Shown here one piece after another: positions 1 through 12,000 of a stretch of 64,000 nt of DNA (its first letter is position 1; each line of letters starts with the position of its first letter). The notes under the pieces were generated by a model that ran no database searches, was not told the origin of the DNA, and was given only the letters and a program-made list of their open reading frames with translations. A program made the position numbers and the translations under genes. Source of the stretch: a virus; the IMG/VR virus record IMGVR_UViG_3300025598_000030, positions 20,181-84,180 of that record. One strand, written 5' to 3'.

Positions 1-1191
1 CAATATAGTTGCCTGGGCATTTAAGCATGCATTAGGGAATCCATTAGTTAACCCGCAACTTGCAAAATTTACATTTATACCACCTTCAGTGCCGGAATAA
101 GGACCAGCTCTTCCCCAAGCCAAGGTCAATCCACCGGGTAATATCTGATAACCGTTTACTGTAAGACTTTGGTTCGTTCCTTGGAATGTCGAAGTAGTTA
201 AACCTCCTAAAGCATTAGCAGACACAGTTATCGGAGCTGATCCATTATAAGTTGTTCCGTCAAAGAATGTGAGAGAATTTTGAACCGAACTAGCAGGTCC
301 TACAAAACTATTTGCAGAAATATTTCCTGAACTATCTCTAGCAACTACAGTATTCGGAGTAGAATTAGTTGTAGCATATTCAACAGTCGTTCCATTGACA
401 TATAAACTATTAGCACGAGTTGCTGTTCCATTTATTAAATTAACTGATACATTACCACTAGAATCTCTAGCAACTATGGTATTTGCAACAGAACTGGTAG
501 TTGCAATACTATAAGATCCTGAATCATTTAGAACCGAATCAGCTTGTAAAGCATGAGCTGCAGTTCCATATAACATTGTTCCGGTTGTTAAAGATACTGC
601 CGATCTTCCTAATGTATCAGCTCCCGATAATGTTATTCCTTGAGAAATAACATTGAATGATGCTTGATTAGGATCTGTTACATTAACAGTAAATCTACTA
701 TCAGCTGAATTAACGTATACTGTAGAACTGTTAACTATAACCCTCGATACTAAATGAGATTTTCCAAGAGAATCTGCTATTGTTGAAAGCACCGCTCCAT
801 TCGATCCATACCCTGATGATAGCGAAATAAAAGTTCCGTTCGATTTAATCGACACTTGATTATTCGCGGGATTTAACCAAAAGTCTCCAGTTTGTAAATT
901 TCCTGGAGTACTAGTGGCTGTTGAAATTACCGATAATTGTTTAAAACTAGATCCATCATAAACTTTTAGATTAATATTTTTTGAATCAAACCAAAGTTGT
1001 CCCTGCAATGGAGCACTAGGTGCTGTATTATTTGAAAAATTTTCTAACAAATATAATAGATTATTATCAATAATACCGCCATACCCGGCATAATTTTTTC
1101 CTACAAAAGTCAATGAAGTAGACTGATCAATTGACCCGTCTGCAACAGTAACTAATGTATTTCCATTTGATTTTTTTAATATATACGGCAT
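1..1191 (-). CDS. Tail fibre protein (partial, runs off the left edge)
   Basis: Not in the ORF track. Read by hand from ATG at 1191: MPYILKKSNGNTLVTVADGSIDQSTSLTFVGKNYAGYG...LLENFSNNTAP...GQLWFD, the same N-terminus as the three upstream genes. Near the edge it reads GYQILPGGLTLAWG, a typical fibre C-terminal motif. Confidence 0.8.
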   Translation of the reverse strand, partial: MPYILKKSNGNTLVTVADGSIDQSTSLTFVGKNYAGYGGIIDNNLLYLLENFSNNTAPSAPLQGQLWFDSKNINLKVYDGSSFKQLSVISTATSTPGNLQTGDFWLNPANNQVSIKSNGTFISLSSGYGSNGAVLSTIADSLGKSHLVSRVIVNSSTVYVNSADSRFTVNVTDPNQASFNVISQGITLSGADTLGRSAVSLTTGTMLYGTAAHALQADSVLNDSGSYSIATTSSVANTIVARDSSGNVSVNLINGTATRANSLYVNGTTVEYATTNSTPNTVVARDSSGNISANSFVGPASSVQNSLTFFDGTTYNGSAPITVSANALGGLTTSTFQGTNQSLTVNGYQILPGGLTLAWGRAGPYSGTEGGINVNFASCGLTNGFPNACLNAQATIL

Positions 1192-1217
1192 TATTTTATT
1201 CCAAATTTATTTAATAA

Positions 1218-2804
1218 TTATGAGTAATAACCTATTATTCTAATAGCTACTGCTTCCATACCGCCACCATTTTGGGGTCTTGCAGGTATAGAATAATCAA
1301 AGCTTCCTGCAGGATGAGTGGTTAATCCCACTGTCTCAGCAGTCTGTCTAACCGGTACAGTAACTTGTACCATACCTATATTTTGATTCCAATACTTATA
1401 ATCACCATTTACTGATCTAGCTAATAAGAAAGTATCCGACCAAGGCCATGTACTATTATTCCCAACAGTGGTTGAATTTCTACCTAAAACTACTGCGATA
1501 TTATAATTACTCGGCCACACACCATCACCTAAATAGTGTGCAAGATAATGGATTTCTAAAATTAAAGATTTAACATTAGCTGGAATTCCGCCCACTCCGG
1601 CAGCGGTATAAGTAGTCCACCCTACATTTAATACAGGAGTATTAGGATCTACACCACCACTGCTATTTAAAAATGCAGAACCATTGCCAGTCATATCGTA
1701 TACAGTTATTGGAGTTATAAATCCATATGTTGGTTCTATTGCATTTATTTGTGATATTAATGCTGCTTTTGTGCTATCTACATAAGATTTAACTGCTTGT
1801 TGAGTCGGCAAACGATTATTAGCATTAGCGGTCAATGATCCATCAGAATCAAACAATCCGACAGTAGTAGATGCCGAGTCAGTTAATGTCGTAAAACTTA
1901 CATTCCCTGCAGACAAACTAGACCCTACAAAATTTTGAGAATAAACATTACTCCATCTCAATCCCGATGTTCCTAAGTTAACCGAATTGGTAGTAGATGG
2001 ATTTAAGCTGGTATCTAAGGACCAAGCTCCGCTAATTAATCCAGAAGTGCTGCTTAATAAATTTGCACTTATTCCTGTTACCGCAATATTTCCGCTAGAA
2101 TCTCTTTCTACAATAGTACTCGGAGTTGCAGATATAGCAGCCGAAACTTCTCCGCCACCGTCACCTAATAATTGATTAGCAAGTAATGCAGCTTGAGAAT
2201 AACCAATCAATACAGTATCATTTGTTGAACCATAATTTTTAAGATTAATACCCTTCTGTATTGAAGTATACCCAGTAACCGGAGAACCTGTATTAATAGT
2301 GAATGATGAATTACTAACAATTGCTACCATTTCCCCATTAACGAACCATTCTATAACCGGATGAGCAGTATTAGATTGATCTAAAATAGTAGTCGATACT
2401 GATCTAGTAGTACCATAACCCGGGATTCCGTCAGGACCGATAATACTAAATCCTGTTCCATTGTTAATAGAAAGTTGATTATTAACAGTATCATAATATA
2501 AATTACCAGTAGAACTAGCATATGCTTGGTTAGTTGATAAAACCGCCAATGGTTGCCAGACAGAATTATAAACTTTTAAAAGATTATTTGTTTTATCAAA
2601 CCAAAGTTGGCCGGTTAATTGATTAACAGGAGCAGTTGTATTTGCAAAATTCTCTAATAGATAAACATAATTTTCATTCTGTAATTGACCAAAATTATAT
2701 AAATTTTTACCCGGCAACGATAATGTGGTAGTTATATCATAACTCCCATCCGCAATAGTTGTTAATATCGTTCCATCACTTTTTCTTATAGTATACGGCA
2801 TCAT
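1218..2804 (-). CDS. Tail fibre / baseplate-attached fibre protein (528 aa)
   Basis: Shared N-terminal module (MPYTIRKSDG...GKN...LLENF...GQLWFD), Thr/Ser-rich body and a PTQQAVKSYVD motif. Confidence 0.75.
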   Translation of the reverse strand: MMPYTIRKSDGTILTTIADGSYDITTTLSLPGKNLYNFGQLQNENYVYLLENFANTTAPVNQLTGQLWFDKTNNLLKVYNSVWQPLAVLSTNQAYASSTGNLYYDTVNNQLSINNGTGFSIIGPDGIPGYGTTRSVSTTILDQSNTAHPVIEWFVNGEMVAIVSNSSFTINTGSPVTGYTSIQKGINLKNYGSTNDTVLIGYSQAALLANQLLGDGGGEVSAAISATPSTIVERDSSGNIAVTGISANLLSSTSGLISGAWSLDTSLNPSTTNSVNLGTSGLRWSNVYSQNFVGSSLSAGNVSFTTLTDSASTTVGLFDSDGSLTANANNRLPTQQAVKSYVDSTKAALISQINAIEPTYGFITPITVYDMTGNGSAFLNSSGGVDPNTPVLNVGWTTYTAAGVGGIPANVKSLILEIHYLAHYLGDGVWPSNYNIAVVLGRNSTTVGNNSTWPWSDTFLLARSVNGDYKYWNQNIGMVQVTVPVRQTAETVGLTTHPAGSFDYSIPARPQNGGGMEAVAIRIIGYYS

Positions 2805-2811
2805 TCATTCC

Positions 2812-4719
2812 TTAAGGTAACGTAATCGAGCCCTGATATGTCCAAACTCCGTTGACTACTTCAAATAACATAGCAGTGTATACCGTTGTATAAACAGCAT
2901 TAGTTGGTTGTGTTACAACACCTACATTGGTTACAACCTGTTGAGCATTTTGAACGCCACCTGCATCAACAAATGCATAATTTTCGGTTACATTAGTATT
3001 CAATTGAGGGATACCTACTGTAGATGCAGAACATAATACACGCATCACAGTGCCGTTAATTAAATCATATGTCGGATCAGCATTGACCGGTGGCGCTAAG
3101 ACCGTAAGCCAACTAGCAATTGTTGTGGTAGGATTTGTCATATTAGTAATATCAACACTAAAAATAAACCCTTTTGTACCGACAAGATATAATTTATTAT
3201 CTACATATTGTTTATTAGCTGCATCTGTAGGATCAGTACATGTATTAACATTAGTAACCTTTGAACTATTAACATTAACTACTCCACCGCCGGCAGGTTT
3301 TAAATTCATATCAACCGACGTACCGACACCAGGAGCTACCATCGATATAGTACCGGTAGTAATACTTACATTAGTGACCGTTAAGTAATTTAAAGTCCCT
3401 AATTGATTAATTCCGATTGCAGAAGTTATTGAAGACCCTAATGTTGATGACGTTAGAACTGTAGTTCCATTAATTTGATAAGAATTATAGTTATTAACAA
3501 GGTTAAAATTATCGTCCACTTGCCATGAACTTAAAGAATTACTCCAATTTAGATTATGGGTTCTAGTACCCATTAATGTAATTCCGCCACCATCAGCTAA
3601 TGAATCACTAGGTGAAGCACTATATGCTAATTGAATATTTTTGTCTGTAATCTGTAAATTATTTGTTTGTAATGTAACCGTTGTTCCGGCTATAGTTGTA
3701 TTACCTTTAATAGATACAGGACCGGTAACTGACAATGTTCCGGTCATAGTTAAATCAGAGTTTACATTTACTATACTGGTACCGGTCGATGCTCCTGGGA
3801 AAAATGTTAATGAAGGTTTTCCGAATGTCGTATCATCGCCGTTTAATCGAATCGCTGTAAAATATCCCGGAGTTAAACTACTATTTGCTCTGATATCAAA
3901 TAATTTATTCAACTCATTACTATTCAAGTAATTAGCGGTACTACTTGAAACAATCGAAACACTACTATTTGTACCTACATATAATCCAGCATTATTTAAA
4001 ATATTTAATCGTTGTGTTGTGTATTGAGTTGCAGTAGCATTAATTTGTAAATAATTCGCTGTTAAAAAGTTTGTAATTGTTGTTACAGCATCGGCATTTG
4101 TTGCATCTCCGACAAATTTAAGTCCAGGAACAGAAGGATTTAAATTTATTCCCGGCGATACTGAAGTCATTCCATGAAACGTCGATGCAAATGTAAACGA
4201 TGCAGTAGTTGCCATCGCAATTAATACACCGTTATTATATAAACTAGCAACTGTATTTGTATTATTACTCGAATCTGTGATTACATCATTAACCCAAACA
4301 TTTGTTGTCGAAGTGGTGGCATTATTTTGAGGTCCAGCTAATATCCAATTTCTGCCATCTTCTGTAAAATATAAAGTATGATTTGTGGTATTAATCCAAA
4401 GATCTCCCGCATTAGCTAATGTAGGAGTAGTAGGATATAATTGTGCACTTGAAACTGATTTAAATACATTATCTAAGGTATAGACATATAATTTTCCATC
4501 GACTCTATTATACCAAAGCTGACCCACTAGCGGGGATCTCGGTTGAATCCCATCAGTTGCAAAATTTTCTAATAACTGAACAAGGTTGTCATTATAATAT
4601 TGTCCATAGGCATTTACATTTTTACCTATTAATGCTAAACTAGTAGCTAACTGATCAACTGTGCCGTCAGCCAATGTAAGCAATACTGTACCATCTGAAT
4701 TTTTTATTGTATATGCCAT
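2812..4719 (-). CDS. Tail fibre protein (635 aa)
   Basis: Same N-terminal module; fibre motifs ITDKNIQL, ADGGGITL and DPTDAANKQYVD. Confidence 0.75.
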   Translation of the reverse strand: MAYTIKNSDGTVLLTLADGTVDQLATSLALIGKNVNAYGQYYNDNLVQLLENFATDGIQPRSPLVGQLWYNRVDGKLYVYTLDNVFKSVSSAQLYPTTPTLANAGDLWINTTNHTLYFTEDGRNWILAGPQNNATTSTTNVWVNDVITDSSNNTNTVASLYNNGVLIAMATTASFTFASTFHGMTSVSPGINLNPSVPGLKFVGDATNADAVTTITNFLTANYLQINATATQYTTQRLNILNNAGLYVGTNSSVSIVSSSTANYLNSNELNKLFDIRANSSLTPGYFTAIRLNGDDTTFGKPSLTFFPGASTGTSIVNVNSDLTMTGTLSVTGPVSIKGNTTIAGTTVTLQTNNLQITDKNIQLAYSASPSDSLADGGGITLMGTRTHNLNWSNSLSSWQVDDNFNLVNNYNSYQINGTTVLTSSTLGSSITSAIGINQLGTLNYLTVTNVSITTGTISMVAPGVGTSVDMNLKPAGGGVVNVNSSKVTNVNTCTDPTDAANKQYVDNKLYLVGTKGFIFSVDITNMTNPTTTIASWLTVLAPPVNADPTYDLINGTVMRVLCSASTVGIPQLNTNVTENYAFVDAGGVQNAQQVVTNVGVVTQPTNAVYTTVYTAMLFEVVNGVWTYQGSITLP

Positions 4720-4723
4720 ATTC

Positions 4724-5365
4724 TTAAGTCTTTATAATATATGCAGTCGAAGTAGACTGATAAGTTAATGATCCATTACTTACAGGTAACCCTGCAATCT
4801 GAGGAACATTGAAATAATCTATTGCCGAACTTCCGTAATTAATGCCGATAACCGCATATAAATCCGGATAGTTGTATCTATAATAAGATGAACCATCACA
4901 AAGAAGCCATCCAGTAGGTGCAGGAACACTCGAAGATGGCCATATTATAATCATCCCTGTCTGCGGTGTCGAAACATCCGATAGAAAATCTGTTTTAGAT
5001 ATGCTTAATGCATTGCCATTATCAGAGATAGCTAGTAATGCATCTCCGGATGCTGCTGTTTCTGTAGGTAATGACGATATCGTATTAGAGTTAAATGAAT
5101 TAACTGCATTCCAATTTAATCCATCAAATACAGATAAAGTCGATGTAGCATTATTAAACCATAACTGTCCTGCTGTCGGATTGGCTGGAGAAGTGGAATT
5201 TGAAAAATTTTCTACTAAATGAAGGAAATTTGTAGCAAATGCTTGTCCATAATTAGGATAATTCTTTCCGATTAAGGTTAAACTAGTATCAGTAATATTA
5301 ACACTATTATCTGGAATAGTAACTAATGGTTGTGTAGGATCTGATTTAGATATTACGTATGGCAT
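4724..5365 (-). CDS. Short fibre protein with phage tail-collar domain (213 aa)
   Basis: Same N-terminal module plus the tail-collar motif PQTGMIIIW...PTGWLLCDGSSY...YPDLYAVIG...YIIKT. Confidence 0.8.
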   Translation of the reverse strand: MPYVISKSDPTQPLVTIPDNSVNITDTSLTLIGKNYPNYGQAFATNFLHLVENFSNSTSPANPTAGQLWFNNATSTLSVFDGLNWNAVNSFNSNTISSLPTETAASGDALLAISDNGNALSISKTDFLSDVSTPQTGMIIIWPSSSVPAPTGWLLCDGSSYYRYNYPDLYAVIGINYGSSAIDYFNVPQIAGLPVSNGSLTYQSTSTAYIIKT

Positions 5366-5367
5366 AA

Positions 5368-6036
5368 TTAACTTCCATTAGTTAGACTTTGTATTCTAAC
5401 AGTATAATCAACTTGAATTAATCTATTTAGAGCTTTCTGAACCGGATGGAAAATGACATGTGTTAACAATGGACCAGAATTCTGACCAGTCGGGTCATAA
5501 CCTCTGAGGCCCAATTCATCAAAAACAAATGTAGTATTAGATGATACACTGGCATCAAATGCTGGTTGCCCTGATGGCTCACCAAAATCTAATAAACAAC
5601 TAACTAAAACATCAGAATAATATGTTCCGGGAACATGTCTGACTTCCATAAAATTTCTAGATGGGTCAACATCATACGGGTTATTTGCATCAACTACTTT
5701 ATAATAAGTTTGATTATATAACGCAGCATCTGATCCTACTACATTCGGAGTAAGATAGGTAATAATTCCGGTAGGATCTATTCTACTTCCGCCATTTCCG
5801 AATGCCATTTCACTGATAAAATTCTGACCTAAATTTGCAACACTATTAGCTAATGCTATAGAAAAATTCTCGTAATGAATTGCGTTTCTTTTATCAACAA
5901 AAACTTCTTTTGTTTCTGGATCAAAGATTTTAATGTGACCTTGAATTCTAAGAGATCCTGTTTCATTGGGATTTTTAGAACTTGGTTGATTTTTTATCAT
6001 ATTTTCTTCCATTTTTTCGTTTTTATATTTGTCCAT
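5368..6036 (-). CDS. Putative baseplate structural protein (gp8-like position)
   Basis: Globular ORF (GHIKIFDP...NAIHYEN...FDELGL...LLTHVIFHPVQKALNR) following the giant wedge gene. Start moved from 6096 to the ATG at 6036, which lies 5 nt behind an ATAAATA motif; 6012 and 6000 are alternatives. Confidence 0.6.
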   Translation of the reverse strand: MDKYKNEKMEENMIKNQPSSKNPNETGSLRIQGHIKIFDPETKEVFVDKRNAIHYENFSIALANSVANLGQNFISEMAFGNGGSRIDPTGIITYLTPNVVGSDAALYNQTYYKVVDANNPYDVDPSRNFMEVRHVPGTYYSDVLVSCLLDFGEPSGQPAFDASVSSNTTFVFDELGLRGYDPTGQNSGPLLTHVIFHPVQKALNRLIQVDYTVRIQSLTNGS

Positions 6037-9000
6037 AGTAATATTTATCCGGGATAGTTGCCGGCGCATCACGTAAAAATACTGCAAATAACCCATTATC
6101 AGTTAATATCGATGTATTTGTTGAAGCATACATGTTATTTGTAGCAACTTTTTGTAATACTGTAATATGTGTTCCGGTTATTAATCCAGTTAAATTTAAA
6201 TTTAAAACAGCAGTCGCTGTTGTACCATAAGATGTTAAATTATTGATTACATAATCAGGCTGAATATAGTTTATACCAGTATACATAAATCCGTTGATTG
6301 AATTTATATTATTTGAATTTAAGTAAACCCATACTTGGTTAGTTGTTGTAACTAAGTAAGAATCATATAAATTAACCGAAGTTGAGAACGTAGCGGTACT
6401 AGCAGTCGATGTTGATCCGATTATATTAAACGGATATGGATCATAACCTACTGAAATATCTTGTTTATAATAAGATAACTTATTCAACAAGTTTCCGGCA
6501 TAAAGAACAGTAAACTGATCATTTAATGTACTTGTAGTTAACGAAATTCCATTAATTAGATACGAAGCAGTATTAGTAACTGTAAGAATTTGTTTAATTG
6601 TTGTTTCTTTATAAGGAGCATTTTGAGATATTCCTTGATCTATTACTGATGTCCCTGCAGGATATACCGAATTTGCACCGGTTCCTAACGAACTTCTTCT
6701 TAAATTACTCAATACATTATTATTAACAGTCAAATATTCGATCCATTCGCCGTTTATTAATATGGCTCCTGGAATTTTTCTAACTAAATCTGGCTCAGTT
6801 AATACATCCGCATCTTCTACTACAATAGTAGTTGACGTAGAATATAATGGTTCAGCTAATTGAGTGGTATTCCCTCTACTTAATCTCTTGAATTGCGAAC
6901 GTCCTAAAATATCAGTAAAGACTCTATATCCTACTGAACCTTTATTTAAATAAGCATTGGTCATACTAAGTACAGAAATAGTTTGTCCTTGAGTGTAAGG
7001 ATACGTATCTCTAATAGATAAAATCTGTCCTGTACTATCTAATGAAAAATCTAGACCGTTAACTAGAGCATTATTTTCAATTGTTACCCAAATATACTGG
7101 TCACTCAATGCAGGTCTACTTAATGTATAACGGTTTGATGGTCTAGAAATAAATGTGTCAGTTCTAATCAGACTATTATCTCCGTCAGTAAATGATATCA
7201 CCTTTAATACATTTCCTACACCGTAATTTGCACTAGGTTTAATATAAATGTATCCGTTATTAAAGTAATAATCACTAAATGTATGGTTCGTTATGGCCAT
7301 TGCATCGCCTGTTTGTAAGAAACCATTATAGAAAACCACAGTATTATTCGGTTGATCCACATAGAAATCTATACCGTTTCGTATTTTGATGCCGTTTACG
7401 TAGATTTCTACTTCACTCGAATCAAATGTTCCTGATGGATATGTATCGTTCGGATCGATCAAGAATACTGTTTGCCCACCCGCAACCGAATAATATACAG
7501 TTGTAGGTGAAATTAATCTCTTAGTGTCGATTTCAACGATAGCTTGTGCATTTGCTGGACCCAAATTACCGGGATATACAGTTAGCTGATAAGAACTTGT
7601 AATTCCATCTCCTACAAAATATTCTTCAGTAACATCGCTAAACTGATTGTGGGTTGAGGAGAATGACCATGTTTGCAATGTATAATCACCGATCGGTAAT
7701 CCACTTACAATTAATCGACCTGAACTGATAGTGTATTGAGTCGGAGTAAGCTGTATACCATTTAATGTAGCATATATACTTCCAATTTCTTCAGCAAATC
7801 CGACATGTGCACTTATAGTTGTCACATTAGATTCTGTTACAAAATCATTAGTAATTAAATCAACACCTCCGATACCTACAATAGTTATTCCTACAGTTCC
7901 TGTGCTGGTCTGGGTATTAATAATAATAGTATCATTGTCAAAGTTTAAATTATAATCATATCCGTATGATAATACTTCATTATTAAAGACAACCATTGCA
8001 GAATCTACATTAGGAGGCATCATAGGTAGATTAAACACAGTAGTAGTTGAGGTTTGAATAATTTGATTAATGGAATGCGATACTAATGGGCTACCGGTAT
8101 GCGTTCTTGTATATACCGATATACCTACACTTTCGTACATCTGTCCTTTTATCATTTCTTCCGGACTATTACTGATATACGGAGAAATGAATTGATCACC
8201 ATCGACTATTATATCTTCTGGATTGATTCCGAATGCTGTCGTGTAGCCTAAATCACCACCGTCTAATATAGTATCTAATACTCCCGGAGTAAGGTTATAA
8301 TCCCAGAATTCTAAAAGAGTTGTTCCAGGAGTAATTGTTTCAATAATAGGAGTATCGAATATTACCGCTGAATATACAGCATAGTTAATATACTGTAATG
8401 TGATCGGAAATGCTGTCGAATTAGACGGCCATGTTCCTGTTATAGTATAGACGCTAGTATTCGGAGCCGGGCCACTAATTCCACCAACTGCAGCAATCAC
8501 TCCGCCGTTGAATATGATTTCATAATTACTTGGGTTGGCAGCAATTGCTGCTGCTTCATTTGAATTACTAATACTCACAGTTATTGCATTAGTATCTGCA
8601 TTAGATTGATTATAACTATTAGTAGGAATATTTAAACTAAACCCGATAGTATAAGAATTTGTTACACTGGTTACTAATACTGTGCTACTTCCAAATTTAT
8701 TATCATTAGCAGTTGCTGTGCTAAGAGCCACGGTATTCACACGTAATCCTGGTGATATTCCTTGAATAGTGTTTACAAACAAGGTGTTTGTTCCTGTAAT
8801 TGCAGTAGCAACCACTGTTGCTGTTGTATAATAACTAGAATCGTCGCCATATAATGAATTACCGTATGGTGTCATGTCCCAATTAGTAGTGTAATCGAAG
8901 GTTAATCCCTGAATTTGAGGAATAGAAGGATCTATTCCACTCATTAATTGAGATACATCATTTCCCGGCATTCCTATAGTCGGGTCATAATAGTAATTAA

Positions 9001-12000
9001 CTCTATCCACTGCGCTGAATATATCGATTCTCTTATTATATGTAATAGATACAACCTGTCCCTGTGTTGGGACAAAATTTAATATTAATTTCGATACTAA
9101 TCTATGATATCCATTAATAAATTGTTTAGTGGTAGCAATATTATATTGTGTTGCTAAGACTCTAGTTCCGATATCATTATTGCTTATTATTATAGAAATA
9201 TTAGATTTTGCATTATCTGCCGGCCATGATAATGTAAATTCATATGTATTACCATCTGCAATAAATTGATCATAGACCGAAGTGTTTGATATCTCACTCG
9301 ATGGCGTTATTCTATCAAACTTCATTTCTAGAGAATTTTGTCTAACTTTAGTATTAGACATCCTAGCATATACCTTAGCTGGAATTAATGAAGTAGATCC
9401 CCCGCCTACTAATGTTATGGTAGGTGTTTTTGTATATCCACTTCCTGGATTAGTTATAATAACAGAAGTTACTTTTCCTAAAGAAATATATGCTTCACCG
9501 GTGGCTCCTAACCCCGTGTCACCTATAGCAGGTATTATCTGTACTTGAGGAACAGCAGTATATCCACTTCCTGCAGAAACTACATATGCACTATCTACCG
9601 ATAAAGTGTAATTATCATTCCAAGATTTCCAAGGATATTCAGTTAAGAGCTTAGGTATATCTAAGACGTTAACAAAAGAGGAGTTTTCATTATCGTAGTA
9701 TGCCGGAAGATCAAAATCAGTTATATATGATTGAGAGTTGTCTAATATATCATAATTAATTTGATAATTTCTAACTTTACTGTGATACGGTTTAACCTCT
9801 TCTAAATATTCTTCATAATATTCACTATTTTGGAATCTATAAACAGGACGCTGATCTAATGATCCAGCTAAATTTTTCACATTTAAGAATGCTGTTTTAA
9901 ATGCCCAATCTAGGAATTTCTGTTCACTAAATGCATATTTTACTGCTTTAAAGAATGTGTAATTCCAATAAACCTTCAATGATCCTACAAATATATCATT
10001 TTTAATAGCATTTAAAACATTAACTAATTCTGTTATAGGAGTTTGATCATATAATGTTTGATCATATGTAAAATAAGAATCATAATTATAGGTGCTATTT
10101 GCTATATTCCAGAGGTCGTCACTGAGTTGTATTGTGGCATTTTCGCTTAATACTAAGTTGTATTGATCAGTAAAATCGCCTCCTGAACTAACTTTTTCTA
10201 AAATAATATATTTGCCGTTGCCTTGATTTGCAACCTTTACATAAGATCCATCAGCAACTGTGAGCGTATTCAATTGCCATATTTCGTCTACCGTAGCAGT
10301 TAATGATTTCAATTCATCATAATCATTACTGCTCCAATCCACATAAGACCAATATTGTGTTGTATCATAATCTTGGGTATGCATTTTAACCCATTTATTA
10401 TTAATTCGTTGATACTGAGCCCATAAGTTATCACTATTACTATCGGATGTTACTATTACGGTATATGGTCTTACGACTAATGTTGGAGAACTACTGAATC
10501 CTATACCTGCATTGACTATTGAAGTTGTAATAATATTTCCATTGCTATTAATAGTTGTCGTAATCGATGCGTTTCCTAATGTATCACCCGGTGCTGCGAT
10601 TATTTCAACAGAAGGGCCAGCCCACGCTATCGGATTTCCGTAACTATCTAATTCAACCGGTAATAATGTTCCATAAGAAGTGCCAGAATTAACAATTTGA
10701 ACGCTAGTTATTGATCCATCAGTTATTTGACAAGATAGAATTGCTGGTTCAATTCCGATCGTTACTAAATTAACCAACTCATCGTATGAATTAACAATTA
10801 AATCATAAGTTCTAGAATATACATCTGGGATTTCTTCCTTACTGTTTAAGTTAGTAAAATCCGCAATATCAGTGATGCGATATTGAGAGAAAATCCCATT
10901 AACATATTCGATAACATTATGTAAAGCTTCTGTTCGATTAACAAACATGCTTTGTTTTGGTCTAAATTCTATACCATATTTTTGTCTATCACTAAGGGTA
11001 GGATCCGGAACAGGGTTTCCTAAACTATCATAACCAACTAAGCTATCGATTAACTTTCTATTAAGCATAGTTGTCGGCATATAATTTTCATCACCTTCAC
11101 TCAATAATACCCATTCTGTATGTTTGTTAATAGAATTATTAATACTATCAGATGCAATATTCAAATAAATGTTATTAGAATCAAGATCATTAGTTACATT
11201 AGTAATTGCAATAGAATTTTGTGATAATATAGATACAAATTTTGTACCATTACTAGCAGGATTATAAATCAAATTAGAAACATCGTTTGCAGATAATCTT
11301 CTATTTGAAACATTAGGAACTATAACAGTATTTTTAACCCAATAAAAATACACATTAGTAGCTGCACCTGTATTAGAATCATAATATTGTTTTACACTTA
11401 TAACACTATCATCAGGATATTTCGGTTGTCCACTAATATTCTCAGCTAATCCGGCAGTTGTATCTGCTAAAGCACTCCATTGACTTGGCAGATATTCACT
11501 TTGTATCCATTCATATACATCTATACTGCAACCTGGGAATAAATTTCCCCATGAATTCTTTCTGTATTCTAAATCACTTTGTTCATACCATACATACTTA
11601 ACTGTAGATAAATCCCACCATAATTCACCAACGTGTTCTTCTATCCAGCTAGTGTTTGTATCAACATTTACTCCTTGCACACCGATGCTATATGTTGCAG
11701 GATCAAATTCTGTTTTATATTTGATTTCTTGATCAGCTAATCCTAAAATTTTGCCTTTTACAGGATCTACTATGTCTAGATAATCTAAAATTTTCGACGA
11801 TTGACTATCTATTGTAATGGCTTTCTTGATCTTAGAAAGGTCTACCAAATCATCTTCTTGTCTTAAAATATTCCAAGTAGGTGAATTTTTAATAATTTCT
11901 GCAAATTGATAAAACGCCCCATGATCAGGAGTTGCAGTAGGTGCTCCTACAAATACATTTCCGTTAGAAATTGCAACGCTAGACCCATAACTACTACCAT

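Noticed and set aside
1-5365. Diversity-generating retroelement or invertible fibre cassette
   Set aside because: No reverse transcriptase, invertase or adenine-variant repeat pair is visible in the window.
6037-6096. Longer ORF-track starts (6096; also 32235, 35450, 42661, 62280)
   Set aside because: They use non-ATG codons or overlap upstream genes; downstream ATGs fit promoter, Shine-Dalgarno or coupling signals better.
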